In this document: piece after piece, positions 29,751-39,854 of the stretch
Numbering within the stretch: the first letter of the stretch is position 1
Layout: each line of letters begins with the position of its first letter
Origin: an uncultured delta proteobacterium
GTDB taxonomy: Bacteria; Desulfobacterota; Binatia; UBA9968
Assembly: GCA_963816145.1 (NCBI GenBank)
Contig: CAWFJP010000017.1
Coordinates: 192,001 to 256,000, forward strand
Reading direction: 5' to 3'
DNA length: 64,000 nt
Made by a program: the position numbers and the translations under genes
Notes under the pieces: generated by a model
Databases searched by the model: none
What the model saw: only the letters and a program-made list of their open reading frames with translations
Told to the model about the DNA's origin: nothing

Positions 29751-29940
29751 TCCTGTGGTGGCGGTAAGGCGCTCTTCATCTCAACCGGCGTCACCAATCG
29801 CCAAAATATTAACGATACGGTTGAAACTATCTAGCCCGATTCCATATACGTTTGATCTTGCATCGCTATTGGCGTAGATTTTCCGCACTTAAAGTTTGCG
29901 CCCGGATTGGTTTTGTGACCAAGCCGGCAGAGGAGGAAAC

Positions 29941-30306
29941 ATGTTCGGCAAAGGCGTATTTCAAGAGGAAGAAAATCTCCTGCGCGAGATCATCCGCAGC
30001 GTCGACAAGAAAGTCGACTACTCCGCCCGTGAAGGTGAAGGAACCAAGTTTATCGTTCATCTCAAACTCAAGAATCATGAAGGCGACGTCATGCTCGACC
30101 TCGAAGATCTCAAGTCTGCCAAGCAAGACCAAATCCGCCGGCACCAGATCCGCCAGAAGATCAAGGCGCGCTGCGATCACTTGGATCAATCCCGTTACGG
30201 CGCTGATATCTTAGGACTTCGATCGGCAAGGATATTGAAGACCTCGCCCAAACTCGAACCCATGGCGCAACGCGGCGGTTTCAACCGCAGTGGACCAAGG
30301 CGCTAA
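29941..30306 (+). CDS. Hypothetical small basic protein
   Basis: GAGGAGG RBS before MFGKG; coherent 121-aa ORF. Confidence 0.65.
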   Translation: MFGKGVFQEEENLLREIIRSVDKKVDYSAREGEGTKFIVHLKLKNHEGDVMLDLEDLKSAKQDQIRRHQIRQKIKARCDHLDQSRYGADILGLRSARILKTSPKLEPMAQRGGFNRSGPRR

Positions 30307-30365
30307 ACGTTAGCAACTGAGTTCGCTGACTTATCTCCATAAGCATTAGTCGGTCTCGAGACAAT

Positions 30366-31229
30366 ATGGCAAAAGCGGAATTGATTCGCCAGGCTCTAGC
30401 CACGCATGGTCAGTTGATCATGCCCGGGGTTTATGACGCTCTGAGCGCAAAGATTGCCGCCCGAGCCGGATTCGAAGTGATTTTTATTACCGGTTACAGC
30501 TTATCGGCGACGTTGCTGGGTGAACCCGACTTTGGCTTGTTAACTCAAACCGAAGTCGTCAGCGCCGCTCAACGGATCTGCTCGGTAGTCGAAACACCGG
30601 TGATCGTCGACGCCGATACCGGTTACGGCAACGCGATTAATGTCATACGCACCGTACAAGACCTTGTCCGCTCTGGAGCCGGAGGAATGTTTTTAGAGGA
30701 TCAGGTTTGGCCCAAACGCTGCGGCCACATGCGTGGCAAGCAGGTGATTCCCCTGGACGAGCAGCTAAACAAGCTGCGCGCCGCGGTTGAGGCAAGAGGG
30801 CAGATGGATTTTTTTATCGTTGCCCGCACCGACTCCCGCCAAGCCCTCGGCCTCGATGAAGCAATCAAGCGCGGTATCGCTTTCAAGAATGCTGGCGCCG
30901 ACGCTGTGTTTATTGAAGCCCCGGAATCCAAAGAAGAGATGCGCGAGATTGCCAAACATGTCAAAGGCCATCTGGTGGCCAATATGTTGGAGCGTGGCGT
31001 AACCCCGCTGATGGGGCCTGAGGAGCTGAAAGAACTGGGATTCAATCTGGTCGTTTGGCCCTTAGCGCCGCTGTATTCAGTCGCGAAATCGCTGACAGAT
31101 GTCTATACGACTCTGCGCAAAGAAGGATCGACGCTGTCGATTCTAGACCGCTTGATGCCGTTCGATGAATTTAACGGCATCGTCGGCTTGAATGAAAAGT
31201 ATTTGCTGGACGCCAAGTTTAAAACATAG
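30366..31229 (+). CDS. Isocitrate lyase/PEP mutase family enzyme (PrpB/dimethylmalate lyase-like)
   Basis: PGVYDALSA, DADTGYG, EDQVWPKRCGH and ARTD motifs. Confidence 0.9.
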   Translation: MAKAELIRQALATHGQLIMPGVYDALSAKIAARAGFEVIFITGYSLSATLLGEPDFGLLTQTEVVSAAQRICSVVETPVIVDADTGYGNAINVIRTVQDLVRSGAGGMFLEDQVWPKRCGHMRGKQVIPLDEQLNKLRAAVEARGQMDFFIVARTDSRQALGLDEAIKRGIAFKNAGADAVFIEAPESKEEMREIAKHVKGHLVANMLERGVTPLMGPEELKELGFNLVVWPLAPLYSVAKSLTDVYTTLRKEGSTLSILDRLMPFDEFNGIVGLNEKYLLDAKFKT

Positions 31230-31270
31230 CTTGATCAGACTCACCCCGATGGTCAGTTAAGATAAATACC

Positions 31271-32377
31271 TTACAGCCGCATCGGCATCAGGACGTACAG
31301 ATAACCATCCACGCTAGCCTTGCGAATAACACTGGGGCTAAGTTCGTCCTTTAACTGAAATTCGATCTCCCCCTCACCGCCCAAAACCGCCAAAACATCT
31401 AATAGGTAACGAGCATTGAAACCGATCGCGATAGTCTTGCCTTTATAATCCGCATCGACTTCCTCCACGGCTTCGCCAAGGTCCGGGTTATTCGCCGATA
31501 TCGACAGCTTGCCGTTGGCAAACTCCATCTTGATGCCCTTGTAGCGTTCGCTCGAAAGAATCGATACCCGCCGCAAAGCGCGCAGTAACTCTTCGTGGTC
31601 AAGTTTAGCGATACACGGATTGCCGACCGGAATAACCTTCGTATAGTCGGGAAAATCGCCGTCGATCAAGCGCATGAAAAGCTCAACATTGTCTTTACTG
31701 ACGAGCCCCATGTTCTCTTTGAAACCTAAAGACACCGAGCCGTCCTCGCCGCTTTCCAATAATTTCTTGAGTTCCGATAATCCTTTTCTCGGTAGGATTA
31801 CGCCTTTGGCGAGACCAAGAGAACCGACCTGCTTCTCCTCAAACGCCAGCCGATGACCATCCGTGGCCACCATGCGCACGTTGGTCCCTTCGCTCTGCTC
31901 GATGTAAACGCCATTGAGGCTGTAGCGGGTTTCATCCGTCGATACCGAAAAGATTGTCCGCTCAATCATTTCGCGCACGGTTGACGCCGAAGTTGTCGAT
32001 AATCCTTTGCTATCAAATTGGGGAAACTGGGGAAACTCTTTAGCGTCCATACCGAAGATCTTAAAAACCGACTTGCCGCTGCGAATCTCCACCCAATCGT
32101 TATCCAAACGTTTTAATTGGATTTGATCGTTCGGCACTTCTCTAACGATTTCGTAAAGCTTTTTGGCATTGACCGTGACGCTACCTTCTCTAACGACCTC
32201 ACCTTCGACACTACCACGTACTCCCACTTCAAGATCGGTGGCAGTAATTCGTATGCCGCTCTTCTGGGCTTCGATCATCACATTGGCGAGGATCGGCATG
32301 GTGTTGCGCCGCTCGACAATGCTTTGAGTCCAATAAAGCGTTGCGAGAAGCTCTCCCCGCTTGGCTTTAATTTCCAT
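31271..32377 (-). CDS. dnaN: DNA polymerase III beta sliding clamp
   Basis: ATDLE, DETRYSLNGV, VATDGHRLA, LIDGDFPDY and C-terminal LMPMRL. Confidence 0.98.
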   Translation of the reverse strand: MEIKAKRGELLATLYWTQSIVERRNTMPILANVMIEAQKSGIRITATDLEVGVRGSVEGEVVREGSVTVNAKKLYEIVREVPNDQIQLKRLDNDWVEIRSGKSVFKIFGMDAKEFPQFPQFDSKGLSTTSASTVREMIERTIFSVSTDETRYSLNGVYIEQSEGTNVRMVATDGHRLAFEEKQVGSLGLAKGVILPRKGLSELKKLLESGEDGSVSLGFKENMGLVSKDNVELFMRLIDGDFPDYTKVIPVGNPCIAKLDHEELLRALRRVSILSSERYKGIKMEFANGKLSISANNPDLGEAVEEVDADYKGKTIAIGFNARYLLDVLAVLGGEGEIEFQLKDELSPSVIRKASVDGYLYVLMPMRL

Positions 32378-32602
32378 ACTTCCTCCCGGTGACTTCTACT
32401 ATCTTATATATATATAAAAATAAGAAGTAATAGTAGGGGCTGTGGAAAATGTGAGTAAACGCGTTTGCAGAGCGATTTCAGTAATATAGCCTGTGGCTTA
32501 TTCTGGGGGATTATCCCGCCCATCGACACCTTAATTTGCTCAATGGCGAGTCAGGCACAGTCATCCACAGTTCGACAGGTATTGATAACAAGATATCGAC
32601 AG
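32378..32602. other. oriC: Chromosomal replication origin (oriC) with AT-rich tract, DnaA-trios and DnaA boxes
   Basis: AT tract at 32401-32420, trio run TAAGAAGTAATAGTAG (32421-32436), GGGC spacer, box TGTGGAAAA (32441) and box TCATCCACA (32561), between dnaA and dnaN. Confidence 0.85.
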
Positions 32603-33937
32603 CTATTTGTGGATATTTAAATTGCGCTCGATGGTCGCGATGGTGGCCTGCATATTGGGGTCTTCTTTGATGCGGCGTTCGATGGTTTTGGACGCGTGAA
32701 TAACGGTTGAGTGGTCTCGGCCGCCAAATTTATCACCGATACCAGGAAAAGACGTTTGCGTGTGTTTTCTGCACAAATACATCGCGACTTGGCGCGGAAA
32801 GGCAATATTTTGCGTACGTCTTTTGGTTTTTAGGTCGCCGATTTTAAGATTGTAATGATCGCAAATGGTTTTCTGGATGCCTTCGACGGTGATTTCCCGT
32901 TCATAATTTTTCAAGTTATTGCGCAAAACATCTTTGGCAAAATCGATGGTAATAGCCGCTTTGGTCAACGAAGAAAAGGCCCCCAAGCGGGTAAGCGAGC
33001 CTTCGAGCTCGCGCACGTTGGAGTGGATGTTGGAAGCCAGAAATATCGCCACGTCATCAGGCAACGGTACACCCTCAAATTCAGCCTTTTTTTGCAGAAT
33101 CGCGACTCTGGTTTCCATATCCGGCGGCTGGATGTCCGCGATCAAGCCCCACTCGAACCTGTTTCTCAGGCGATCCTCGATGCCTGGAATATCTTTGGGA
33201 AACTTGTCCGAAGTAATAACGATTTGTTTATGCGACTCGTAGAGCGAATTGAAGGTGTGGAAAAACTCCTCCTGGGTCCGTTCTTTACCAGCGATGAACT
33301 GAATATCGTCGATGATCAGGATATCGACATTGCGAAATTTTCTCTTGAATTCGTCCATCCGATCGCGCCGGAGCGAACTGATCAGTTCGTTCATGAACGA
33401 TTCGGAACTAAGATAAACGATTTTTAAATTTGGCCTTTTGGCCGCGGCATGATGTCCGATGGCGTTAACCAGATGGGTTTTGCCGAGACCGACACCGCCG
33501 TAGATAAATAGCGGATTGTAATGCTCGCCGGGTTGGTTGGCGACCGCGACACAAGCAGCGTGAGCAAACTGGTTGCTTGTACCTATAACGAAGTTCTCAA
33601 AGGTATACTTTTGTACCAGATGATTTGGACGCGGTTGCCGATCAAGCTGTTGGTCATCTTTGCGCTGGTTCTTTCCCTGTGTTTTTGTTTCATCGCCGTT
33701 TTGATCAACTTCTATAACGATCTTCAAGTCATGTTTGGCAATCCCGCTCATCACAGACTCTAGGTCGCTGAGGTAGTTCTGTCCGACCCAGTCGCGAAAA
33801 AATTTATTCGCAACCGCGACGACCATTTCATTCTTGTTCCGGGATACGAACCGGATCGGTTTGATCCAGGTATCGTAGTTTTGCTTACCGATCCGCTCTT
33901 TTATTTCCGCTTGCGCTTCAGCCCACAACTCAGCCAT
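32603..33937 (-). CDS. dnaA: Chromosomal replication initiator protein
   Basis: YTFENFV, NPLFIYGGVGLGKTHL, DDIQF, QEEFFHTFN and GGRDHSTVIH; start taken at MAELW. Confidence 0.99.
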   Translation of the reverse strand: MAELWAEAQAEIKERIGKQNYDTWIKPIRFVSRNKNEMVVAVANKFFRDWVGQNYLSDLESVMSGIAKHDLKIVIEVDQNGDETKTQGKNQRKDDQQLDRQPRPNHLVQKYTFENFVIGTSNQFAHAACVAVANQPGEHYNPLFIYGGVGLGKTHLVNAIGHHAAAKRPNLKIVYLSSESFMNELISSLRRDRMDEFKRKFRNVDILIIDDIQFIAGKERTQEEFFHTFNSLYESHKQIVITSDKFPKDIPGIEDRLRNRFEWGLIADIQPPDMETRVAILQKKAEFEGVPLPDDVAIFLASNIHSNVRELEGSLTRLGAFSSLTKAAITIDFAKDVLRNNLKNYEREITVEGIQKTICDHYNLKIGDLKTKRRTQNIAFPRQVAMYLCRKHTQTSFPGIGDKFGGRDHSTVIHASKTIERRIKEDPNMQATIATIERNLNIHK

Positions 33938-33995
33938 AGGAAAGACCAGTGAAAGTAAGATTTTCTGCCAAAAACAAAAAATAGTTACAAACAAC

Positions 33996-34017
33996 GTTAT
34001 CCACAGCTGTGGATAAC
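33996..34017. promoter_or_regulatory. Inverted pair of perfect DnaA boxes upstream of dnaA
   Basis: GTTATCCACAGCTGTGGATAAC, a perfect 22-bp palindrome. Confidence 0.9.
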
Positions 34018-34322
34018 TAAAAATCGCCAAAATCTATGTTGTAATAGGAATCGCTAAGAAAAAACTTGCCGGTAATATTATCTCACCGGAATGGTTCGTC
34101 CCAACACACACCGCAAATGATTTGCTTCGCCGCGCCGAGTGAGAAAATTTTTTTCTCAAACTATGAGCTCGCGGTAGTGAAAATACATTGCGTGTCATTG
34201 GGAAGGAAATCTCATATTCCTTTTCAAATTTCATTGCAAGAAAAAACTGAAGAATTTTTTTTCTCCTGCGATTCAACCAACTTGACTGGAATAGAGCGCG
34301 ATGTTACCAACACTCACTCCCG

Positions 34323-35612
34323 ATGGTTTCACGATCGAAAAAATATTTTGCCCGTGCTTTGAAAAAAATTCCCGGCGGAGTGAACAGTCCGGTGCGCGCA
34401 TGGCAGTCCGTCGGCGGCTCGCCATTGTTTATTTCACGCGCGAAAGGGAGCTACATTTTCGACGCGGACAACAGAAAGTACATCGACTTTGTCGGCTCCT
34501 GGGGGCCGATGATTCTCGGTCATGCCAATGCAAATATTATCCGGGCAATCGCTCGACGTGCTGCTAATGGGACAAGCTTCGGTGCACCAACACTAGGGGA
34601 AGTAGAGTTAGCGGAATTGGTCTCGCAGTGCATGCCATCAATCGAGAAACTTCGGCTGGTCAGCTCCGGCACGGAAGCGACGATGACTGCGATTCGATTG
34701 GCCCGCGCGTTTACTCGTCGATCCAAGCTCGTCAAGTTCGACGGCTGCTACCACGGCCACTCCGATGGCTTGCTGGTAAAAGCCGGATCCGGTGTCGCAA
34801 GCCTCAGTCTTCCCGATAGTCCAGGTGTTCCCGCAAGCGTTGCGCGCGAAACCCTGACAGCTACTTACAACGATTTACAATCGGTGCAAAAGCTTTTTGA
34901 TCGTTACGGCAAAGATATTGCCGCGGTTATCGTCGAACCGATCTGCGGCAATATGGGAGTGATTCCGCCACAGGCCAGTTTTCTTGCCGAGTTGCCCAAG
35001 ATTACGAAACGTTACGGCGCTTTGCTTATCTTTGACGAGGTGATCACCGGCTTTCGGGTAGCTTTGGGCGGAGCTCAACGACGCTATAACGTTGAGCCTG
35101 ATCTAACCTGTCTGGGTAAAGTTCTCGGCGGTGGACTGCCCATGGCGGCCTTTGGCGGCCGACGGCGAATTATGGAGCAGCTAGCTCCGCTTGGTCCGGT
35201 CTATCAAGCGGGAACCTTATCGGGTAATCCGTTGGCCGTTGCCGCCGGAACGGAAACTTTACAAATGCTGGCGCGGCCAGGATGTTACGAGATCCTCGAA
35301 ACCAAAGGTTGCCGGCTGGAGGATGGTTTAAGGGATACCATCCGCAAGCATGGAATTCAGGCCACGATCAACCGGGTCGGATCGATGTTAACCCTTTTCT
35401 TCGGCATTAGTTCGGTTGCGACCGTGGACGATGCCCGCCGTTGTGACCGCAAACAGTTCGCCAATTTTTTCCACGGTATGCTCAAACGCGGCATTTATTT
35501 GCCACCGGCGCCTTTTGAGGCTTGGTTCATCTCCCTGGCCCACTCAAATGCTCAATTGGACAGAACAATTGCTGCTTTTGACGACTGGGCCGACAGCTCC
35601 CAGCGCGGTTGA
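34323..35612 (+). CDS. hemL: Glutamate-1-semialdehyde 2,1-aminomutase
   Basis: PGGVNSPVRA, SSGTEATM, GCYHGHSD, FDEVITGFR and YQAGTLSGNP motifs. Confidence 0.97.
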   Translation: MVSRSKKYFARALKKIPGGVNSPVRAWQSVGGSPLFISRAKGSYIFDADNRKYIDFVGSWGPMILGHANANIIRAIARRAANGTSFGAPTLGEVELAELVSQCMPSIEKLRLVSSGTEATMTAIRLARAFTRRSKLVKFDGCYHGHSDGLLVKAGSGVASLSLPDSPGVPASVARETLTATYNDLQSVQKLFDRYGKDIAAVIVEPICGNMGVIPPQASFLAELPKITKRYGALLIFDEVITGFRVALGGAQRRYNVEPDLTCLGKVLGGGLPMAAFGGRRRIMEQLAPLGPVYQAGTLSGNPLAVAAGTETLQMLARPGCYEILETKGCRLEDGLRDTIRKHGIQATINRVGSMLTLFFGISSVATVDDARRCDRKQFANFFHGMLKRGIYLPPAPFEAWFISLAHSNAQLDRTIAAFDDWADSSQRG

Positions 35613-35646
35613 TCCAGCCTAACCTTCATGCTAAAAACCTAGCGCA

Positions 35647-35934
35647 GTGGAAAAAATTGGGGGCCGCCCCAATCGTCAGAACGATAGTCGATCTCCGATC
35701 TTGCGCAGCGCAGGATTGTACTTGGGAGTTGCTTTCGAACTACCGGGTACCATTATTGGTGGATTGGTGCTCGGCTATTTCCTGGACGAATACTTCCGCA
35801 CTTCGCCTTGGTTACTGATAACGCTGACGGCATTGGCCTTCATTGGAGCTTTCGTCCGGCTGGTGCGGTGGGTAAAGGTGTTTGGCCGCAATCGTAATGG
35901 AAGCAACGGCCCGCAAGACCATACTGAGAATTGA
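35647..35934 (+). CDS. AtpZ/AtpI-family (ATPase gene 1) membrane protein
   Basis: GLVLGYFLDEYFRTSPW; position at the head of the F0 genes. Confidence 0.8.
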   Translation: MEKIGGRPNRQNDSRSPILRSAGLYLGVAFELPGTIIGGLVLGYFLDEYFRTSPWLLITLTALAFIGAFVRLVRWVKVFGRNRNGSNGPQDHTEN

Positions 35935-36274
35935 ATGCTGGCATGGCGTCTTGTTGTTGGCATTGTTTTTCATCTTGGGACGGACCGCCGCAATTGACGG
36001 CACCGCTCTGATTGCCGGTGGTCTGTTCATGGGGGTTAATTTTCTCCTGCTGAGTTTCGGTGTCGCAGCAATTCTGACGCCGCTGGCGAGCAAAGGCAGA
36101 GTTAAACTAGGTGTTGGCTTGTTGCTGCTTAAGATTATATTTTTTTTGGCGCTGTTAACGACGGTTTTTTTTCGCTTTAATGTGGATGCGATTTCCTTTG
36201 CGCTGGGCTTTTCGACTTTGATTGTAGCAATAGTGGTCGAAGCGGTTCGCAGATCGCTGTGGATAGGGACGTAA
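35897..36274 (+). CDS. atpI: ATP synthase subunit I
   Basis: Four hydrophobic segments, directly upstream of atpB. Confidence 0.75.
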   Translation: MEATARKTILRIECWHGVLLLALFFILGRTAAIDGTALIAGGLFMGVNFLLLSFGVAAILTPLASKGRVKLGVGLLLLKIIFFLALLTTVFFRFNVDAISFALGFSTLIVAIVVEAVRRSLWIGT

Positions 36275-36280
36275 CGAAAT

Positions 36281-37072
36281 ATGGAACATCCGTATACATG
36301 GTATAACGCGCTGCCGGAAAGCTTGCAGCATATGTTCGGCGATCACACCTTTTTTGCGTTGATCGCGGCCGTGTTGCTGATACTGTTTGCGCTCAAAGCT
36401 CGTGGCGCCTTGGCGAAGGCCGCTGATCCTTTGGTCCCTGCGGCTGAGCTCGGGTCGAGAAACATCGCTGAGTTGATCGTTCAATTGATCGTCAGCCAGA
36501 GCGATGCGATCATTGGTAAAGCCGGGCGCAAATATGTGCCGTTCTACGGGACTTTTTTCTTCTTTATTCTATTAAGTAATCTAATGGGCCTGTTGCCGGG
36601 CTTCGCACCTCCCACTGGAAATCTAAACACTACTATTGGTCTCGCTTTGGTCTCGTTTATCGGCTACAACTTCATTGCCGTGCGCGAGATGGGTTCGGCT
36701 TATATAAAGGAATTTATCGGTCCGATGACTAGCCTGCCGGGATCGAACTTCATTTCCAAACTGGCGTTCTTGCCGGTCCTGCTACTTTCCGTATGTTTCT
36801 TTTTTATCCTGGAGAGTTTCTCCCACGTCTTTCGCCCGGTGTCGTTATCTTTGCGTCTGTTTGGCAACATGATGGGCGATCATGAAGTCATCGGCGCATT
36901 CATTAGTCTGACTAAACTAGTGGTACCGGTGGCGTTTTACTTCATGGGAACGCTGGTCTCGTTGATTCAAGCTTTTGTATTTACTTTGCTGAGCATGATC
37001 TACGTCGCCTTGGCGATCAGCCATGGCCATGACGAAGAGCATGGGCATGAAGCACAGGGATCACATCACTAA
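36281..37072 (+). CDS. atpB: F0F1 ATP synthase subunit a
   Basis: SNLMGLLPG, RPVSLSLRLFGNM and IQAFVFTLLSMIY motifs. Confidence 0.97.
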   Translation: MEHPYTWYNALPESLQHMFGDHTFFALIAAVLLILFALKARGALAKAADPLVPAAELGSRNIAELIVQLIVSQSDAIIGKAGRKYVPFYGTFFFFILLSNLMGLLPGFAPPTGNLNTTIGLALVSFIGYNFIAVREMGSAYIKEFIGPMTSLPGSNFISKLAFLPVLLLSVCFFFILESFSHVFRPVSLSLRLFGNMMGDHEVIGAFISLTKLVVPVAFYFMGTLVSLIQAFVFTLLSMIYVALAISHGHDEEHGHEAQGSHH

Positions 37073-37142
37073 GCGATGGGCCACCGTGGGGAGGATGAGG
37101 ACAGAGGGGTTGTCGGCCGGAATCGCTGGAAAGGAGAAAGAG

Positions 37143-37469
37143 ATGCAGAAATTATTCGCGATTTTCACCGCACTATTAGCAACGCTGATTTCTTCGGGTG
37201 TTGCCATGGCTGCGGCCGAAGGTGGCGCTGCGCCTGGTGACTCGAAAGCCGTAGCGATCGCAATCTCTGCCGGTGTGGCAGTTGCCATCGCCGCCTTTGG
37301 CGCCGCATTGGGCCAGGGCCGCGTCGGTGCCGCTGCCATGGAAAGCATTGGCCGCAATCCGAACGCCGCCGACAAGATCTTCTTGCCGCTGGTGCTGACA
37401 CTGGCGCTGCTTGAAGCTTTGGCGCTTTACGGTTTCGTCATCGCAATTCTCTTGCAAGGCAAGATCTAA
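37143..37469 (+). CDS. atpE: F0F1 ATP synthase subunit c with N-terminal extension
   Basis: ALGQG, IGRNP and LLEALALY; AAGGAG RBS. Confidence 0.95.
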   Translation: MQKLFAIFTALLATLISSGVAMAAAEGGAAPGDSKAVAIAISAGVAVAIAAFGAALGQGRVGAAAMESIGRNPNAADKIFLPLVLTLALLEALALYGFVIAILLQGKI

Positions 37470-37495
37470 CTGCGAGAACGATCCATAGGACACCT

Positions 37496-37530
37496 AAAGG
37501 GTGAGGAGTTTTCTCCTCACCCTTTTTATT
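37496..37530. terminator. Intrinsic terminator between convergent atpE and the dCMP deaminase gene
   Basis: AAAGGGTGAGGAG-TTTT-CTCCTCACCCTTT followed by a T-rich tail. Confidence 0.85.
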
Positions 37531-37548
37531 TGGCTAAAAGGTCGATTC

Positions 37549-38007
37549 CTAGAGCGGCAGGTCAACTTTGTGGAGCTGGACTTGGGTGTAACGGAGGAGT
37601 TCATCCAGAGTGTGCAGCTTGTAGGGCTTGAGGTAGTAAATTTCCTTGATACCGGTGTTGACCAGGACTTTGAGACAGTGGATGCATGGTGTGTGGGTGA
37701 TGTAAATCGCCGCATCCTTTATGTTTGAGCCGTTCTTCGCCGCCTGGGCGATGGCATTCATCTCGGCGTGGATGGTGCGAAAGCAGTTCTGCTCGGTGTC
37801 GCCGTTGGGCGTTTTCGACTCATAAATCAAACAGCCAACGTCGGTGCAATGGGGCATCCCGGCAGGCGCGCCATTGTAACCGGTGGCGAGAATATTTTTG
37901 TCGCGCGCGATTACGGCGCCGACTTTGGCGCGCGAGCAGGTCGACCGCTCGGCCACTTGTAAAGTGATGGTCATGAAGTATTGATCCCAGCTCAACCGTT
38001 CACTCAT
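37549..38007 (-). CDS. dCMP deaminase (ComEB family)
   Basis: RSTC, ATGYNG, IHAEMNAI and PCIHC motifs. Confidence 0.92.
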   Translation of the reverse strand: MSERLSWDQYFMTITLQVAERSTCSRAKVGAVIARDKNILATGYNGAPAGMPHCTDVGCLIYESKTPNGDTEQNCFRTIHAEMNAIAQAAKNGSNIKDAAIYITHTPCIHCLKVLVNTGIKEIYYLKPYKLHTLDELLRYTQVQLHKVDLPL

Positions 38008-38023
38008 AGTTTCCTCAGCTCTT

Positions 38024-38806
38024 TTACTCTTTGACGGTAACCATGACTTTATCGCCGATTTTCGCCCCGGTCCGCTCCATGACATTACCTTGATTAATAG
38101 CGATTTCGAGCAAGCCCCAACTGTTAAACAGACAGGCAAACTCGCCGGCGCTGACCCCCGCGTAGGTTGTCACCAAGCCGCCCAGCGGGACGCCTTCCAA
38201 ACCGATCTGCAAGCGCTCCATGGGTAGCCCTGTCAAATCACGCTCGCGGATGTTTGTAAATAGATTGCCGAAGCTGTCGGTGTAGATGATTTCACCGTCG
38301 AGCCGTTTTTCGCCTCGGACAATTTGCGGCATAATCAGATTTACTAACGTATCTAGCGGCTTACCGAACGCCGTCGGCGGAACCCCTAAGGATAAGTGGG
38401 CCGCGACCGGAGCAAAAATATCTCGGCCATGAAAAGTCTTGCTGACCTGTTGCAGGTGGAAATCGGCATTGGTTAGTTCGACGATGCAGTCTGGCGGTTG
38501 ACGTTCCAGTGCCAGGCTCAAAACCCCATTATCGGGTCCGACAAAGTAGCTACCATCGTGTTCGAGCAGAATTGGCTTGCGAGCGCCGCCGACCCCTGGG
38601 TCGACGACAACGACGTGAATAGTGCCCACGGCAAAGTGGTGTATCGAGTGCTGGAGGATCAAGGCACCAGCCATAACGTTCTGCGCCGGCACGCCGTGGC
38701 TAAGATCGATGACTTGGGCTTGCGGATTGATCGCGGCGATTACCCCTTTCATGATACCGACGAATGGATCCTGATAGCCAAAATCTGTCGTGAGCGTGAT
38801 CAGCAT
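38024..38806 (-). CDS. SAM hydroxide adenosyltransferase / chlorinase-fluorinase family (DUF62)
   Basis: LTTDFG, VVDPGVG, GPDNG, TFHGRDIFAP and DSFGN motifs. Confidence 0.92.
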   Translation of the reverse strand: MLITLTTDFGYQDPFVGIMKGVIAAINPQAQVIDLSHGVPAQNVMAGALILQHSIHHFAVGTIHVVVVDPGVGGARKPILLEHDGSYFVGPDNGVLSLALERQPPDCIVELTNADFHLQQVSKTFHGRDIFAPVAAHLSLGVPPTAFGKPLDTLVNLIMPQIVRGEKRLDGEIIYTDSFGNLFTNIRERDLTGLPMERLQIGLEGVPLGGLVTTYAGVSAGEFACLFNSWGLLEIAINQGNVMERTGAKIGDKVMVTVKE

Positions 38807-38896
38807 GGTACCCATTTCCAAGCTGAAGGATATTCTAAGCCAATATGGTTTTGGGCGTAAGCCCTCGCCACGACCAACACCGATGGTCAGTACCGT

Positions 38897-39844
38897 TTAA
38901 AGTTGCTCTAAAACCGCGGCGAACAATAGTGGCACCATGATTTCCATATGGCCGATGAGATTATAGCCTTTGCCGCCATGCATGGTCGGGCGGTTGACGA
39001 CGTTGGTGAGCGGCCGGTAGTGCTGGAGAAAGTCGAGATTGACAGTTGTTAGATTGCGAATCGGGTGACCGAGGTTGCGCGCCAAGCTGACGGCTTTCAA
39101 AAACACCTCCGGCAATACGACGGCCGAACCGAAGTTGAGATAAATTCCACGATCGAGAGTCGCGACCACGGAAGTCAGCGTGTGAAAGTCCCGTAGGCTG
39201 CAATCGCCAAGCGCTTTGCCGTCAGCTTTGGGATGCATGTGGATAATATCGGTACCGATGGCGATGTGGGAAGTGACGGGAATTCCTAGCCGGGTGGCGG
39301 TCGAGAGTATGCTTAATTTGCGATGGGGAAGACGGCGCTGATTGATCGCCAGACCCACAGCTGCGCCTATACCCAGGCTACTGCGCGAGCCATCGATGAT
39401 CGCTTGATTGATGAAACGGCCGGTCTCTTCCCCCATCCCGAAACTGCCGTCTTTGAGCGCTGCGGCGACGTCTTCCGAGGTCTCGCCCATGTAGGCGAAC
39501 TCAAAGTCGTGAATCACGCCGGCGCCGTTGAGTGCGATTGCATCGATGATGCCGCGCTCCATGAAGTCGATGATCAGCGGACTAAGTCCGACTTTGATCG
39601 GGTGAGCGCCCATGCCGAGCAGAACCGTGCGATTCTTCAAATGGCACTCGGCGATCTTGCGGGCTATCTCGATCAAATTCTGCGCCGCAAGGATCTCCGG
39701 CAAGCCACGCAAGAATGCCCGCATACTCGCGCCCTTGGTCAGTTTCTTGCCGAGCAGCGAAGTTTGTACCTTGCTCAAGCGCTGACGGACCGGATAAGTC
39801 CTGACCTTACGAAAATCGAGCGGTTTGAAACGCTTATTTGGCAT
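38897..39844 (-). CDS. Deoxyhypusine-synthase-like conserved hypothetical protein
   Basis: GMGAHPIKVGL, NGAGVIHDFE, GTDIIHMHP and GSAVVLPEVFLKA motifs. Confidence 0.65.
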   Translation of the reverse strand: MPNKRFKPLDFRKVRTYPVRQRLSKVQTSLLGKKLTKGASMRAFLRGLPEILAAQNLIEIARKIAECHLKNRTVLLGMGAHPIKVGLSPLIIDFMERGIIDAIALNGAGVIHDFEFAYMGETSEDVAAALKDGSFGMGEETGRFINQAIIDGSRSSLGIGAAVGLAINQRRLPHRKLSILSTATRLGIPVTSHIAIGTDIIHMHPKADGKALGDCSLRDFHTLTSVVATLDRGIYLNFGSAVVLPEVFLKAVSLARNLGHPIRNLTTVNLDFLQHYRPLTNVVNRPTMHGGKGYNLIGHMEIMVPLLFAAVLEQL

Positions 39845-39854
39845 GGCAACTCGT

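Noticed and set aside
32401-32420. TA dinucleotide run considered as a microsatellite or phase-variation tract
   Set aside because: It lies next to the DnaA-trios and is explained as the origin's AT-rich region.
37143-37469. Possible Na+-translocating c subunit (Gln in helix 1, Tyr after Glu)
   Set aside because: The Glu is followed by Ala-Leu rather than Ser/Thr, so the Na+ signature is incomplete. The split F0 operon is ordinary for deltaproteobacteria.
38024-38806. Fluorinase/chlorinase
   Set aside because: Housekeeping context and length fit the widespread DUF62 SAM hydrolase; no halometabolite genes nearby.
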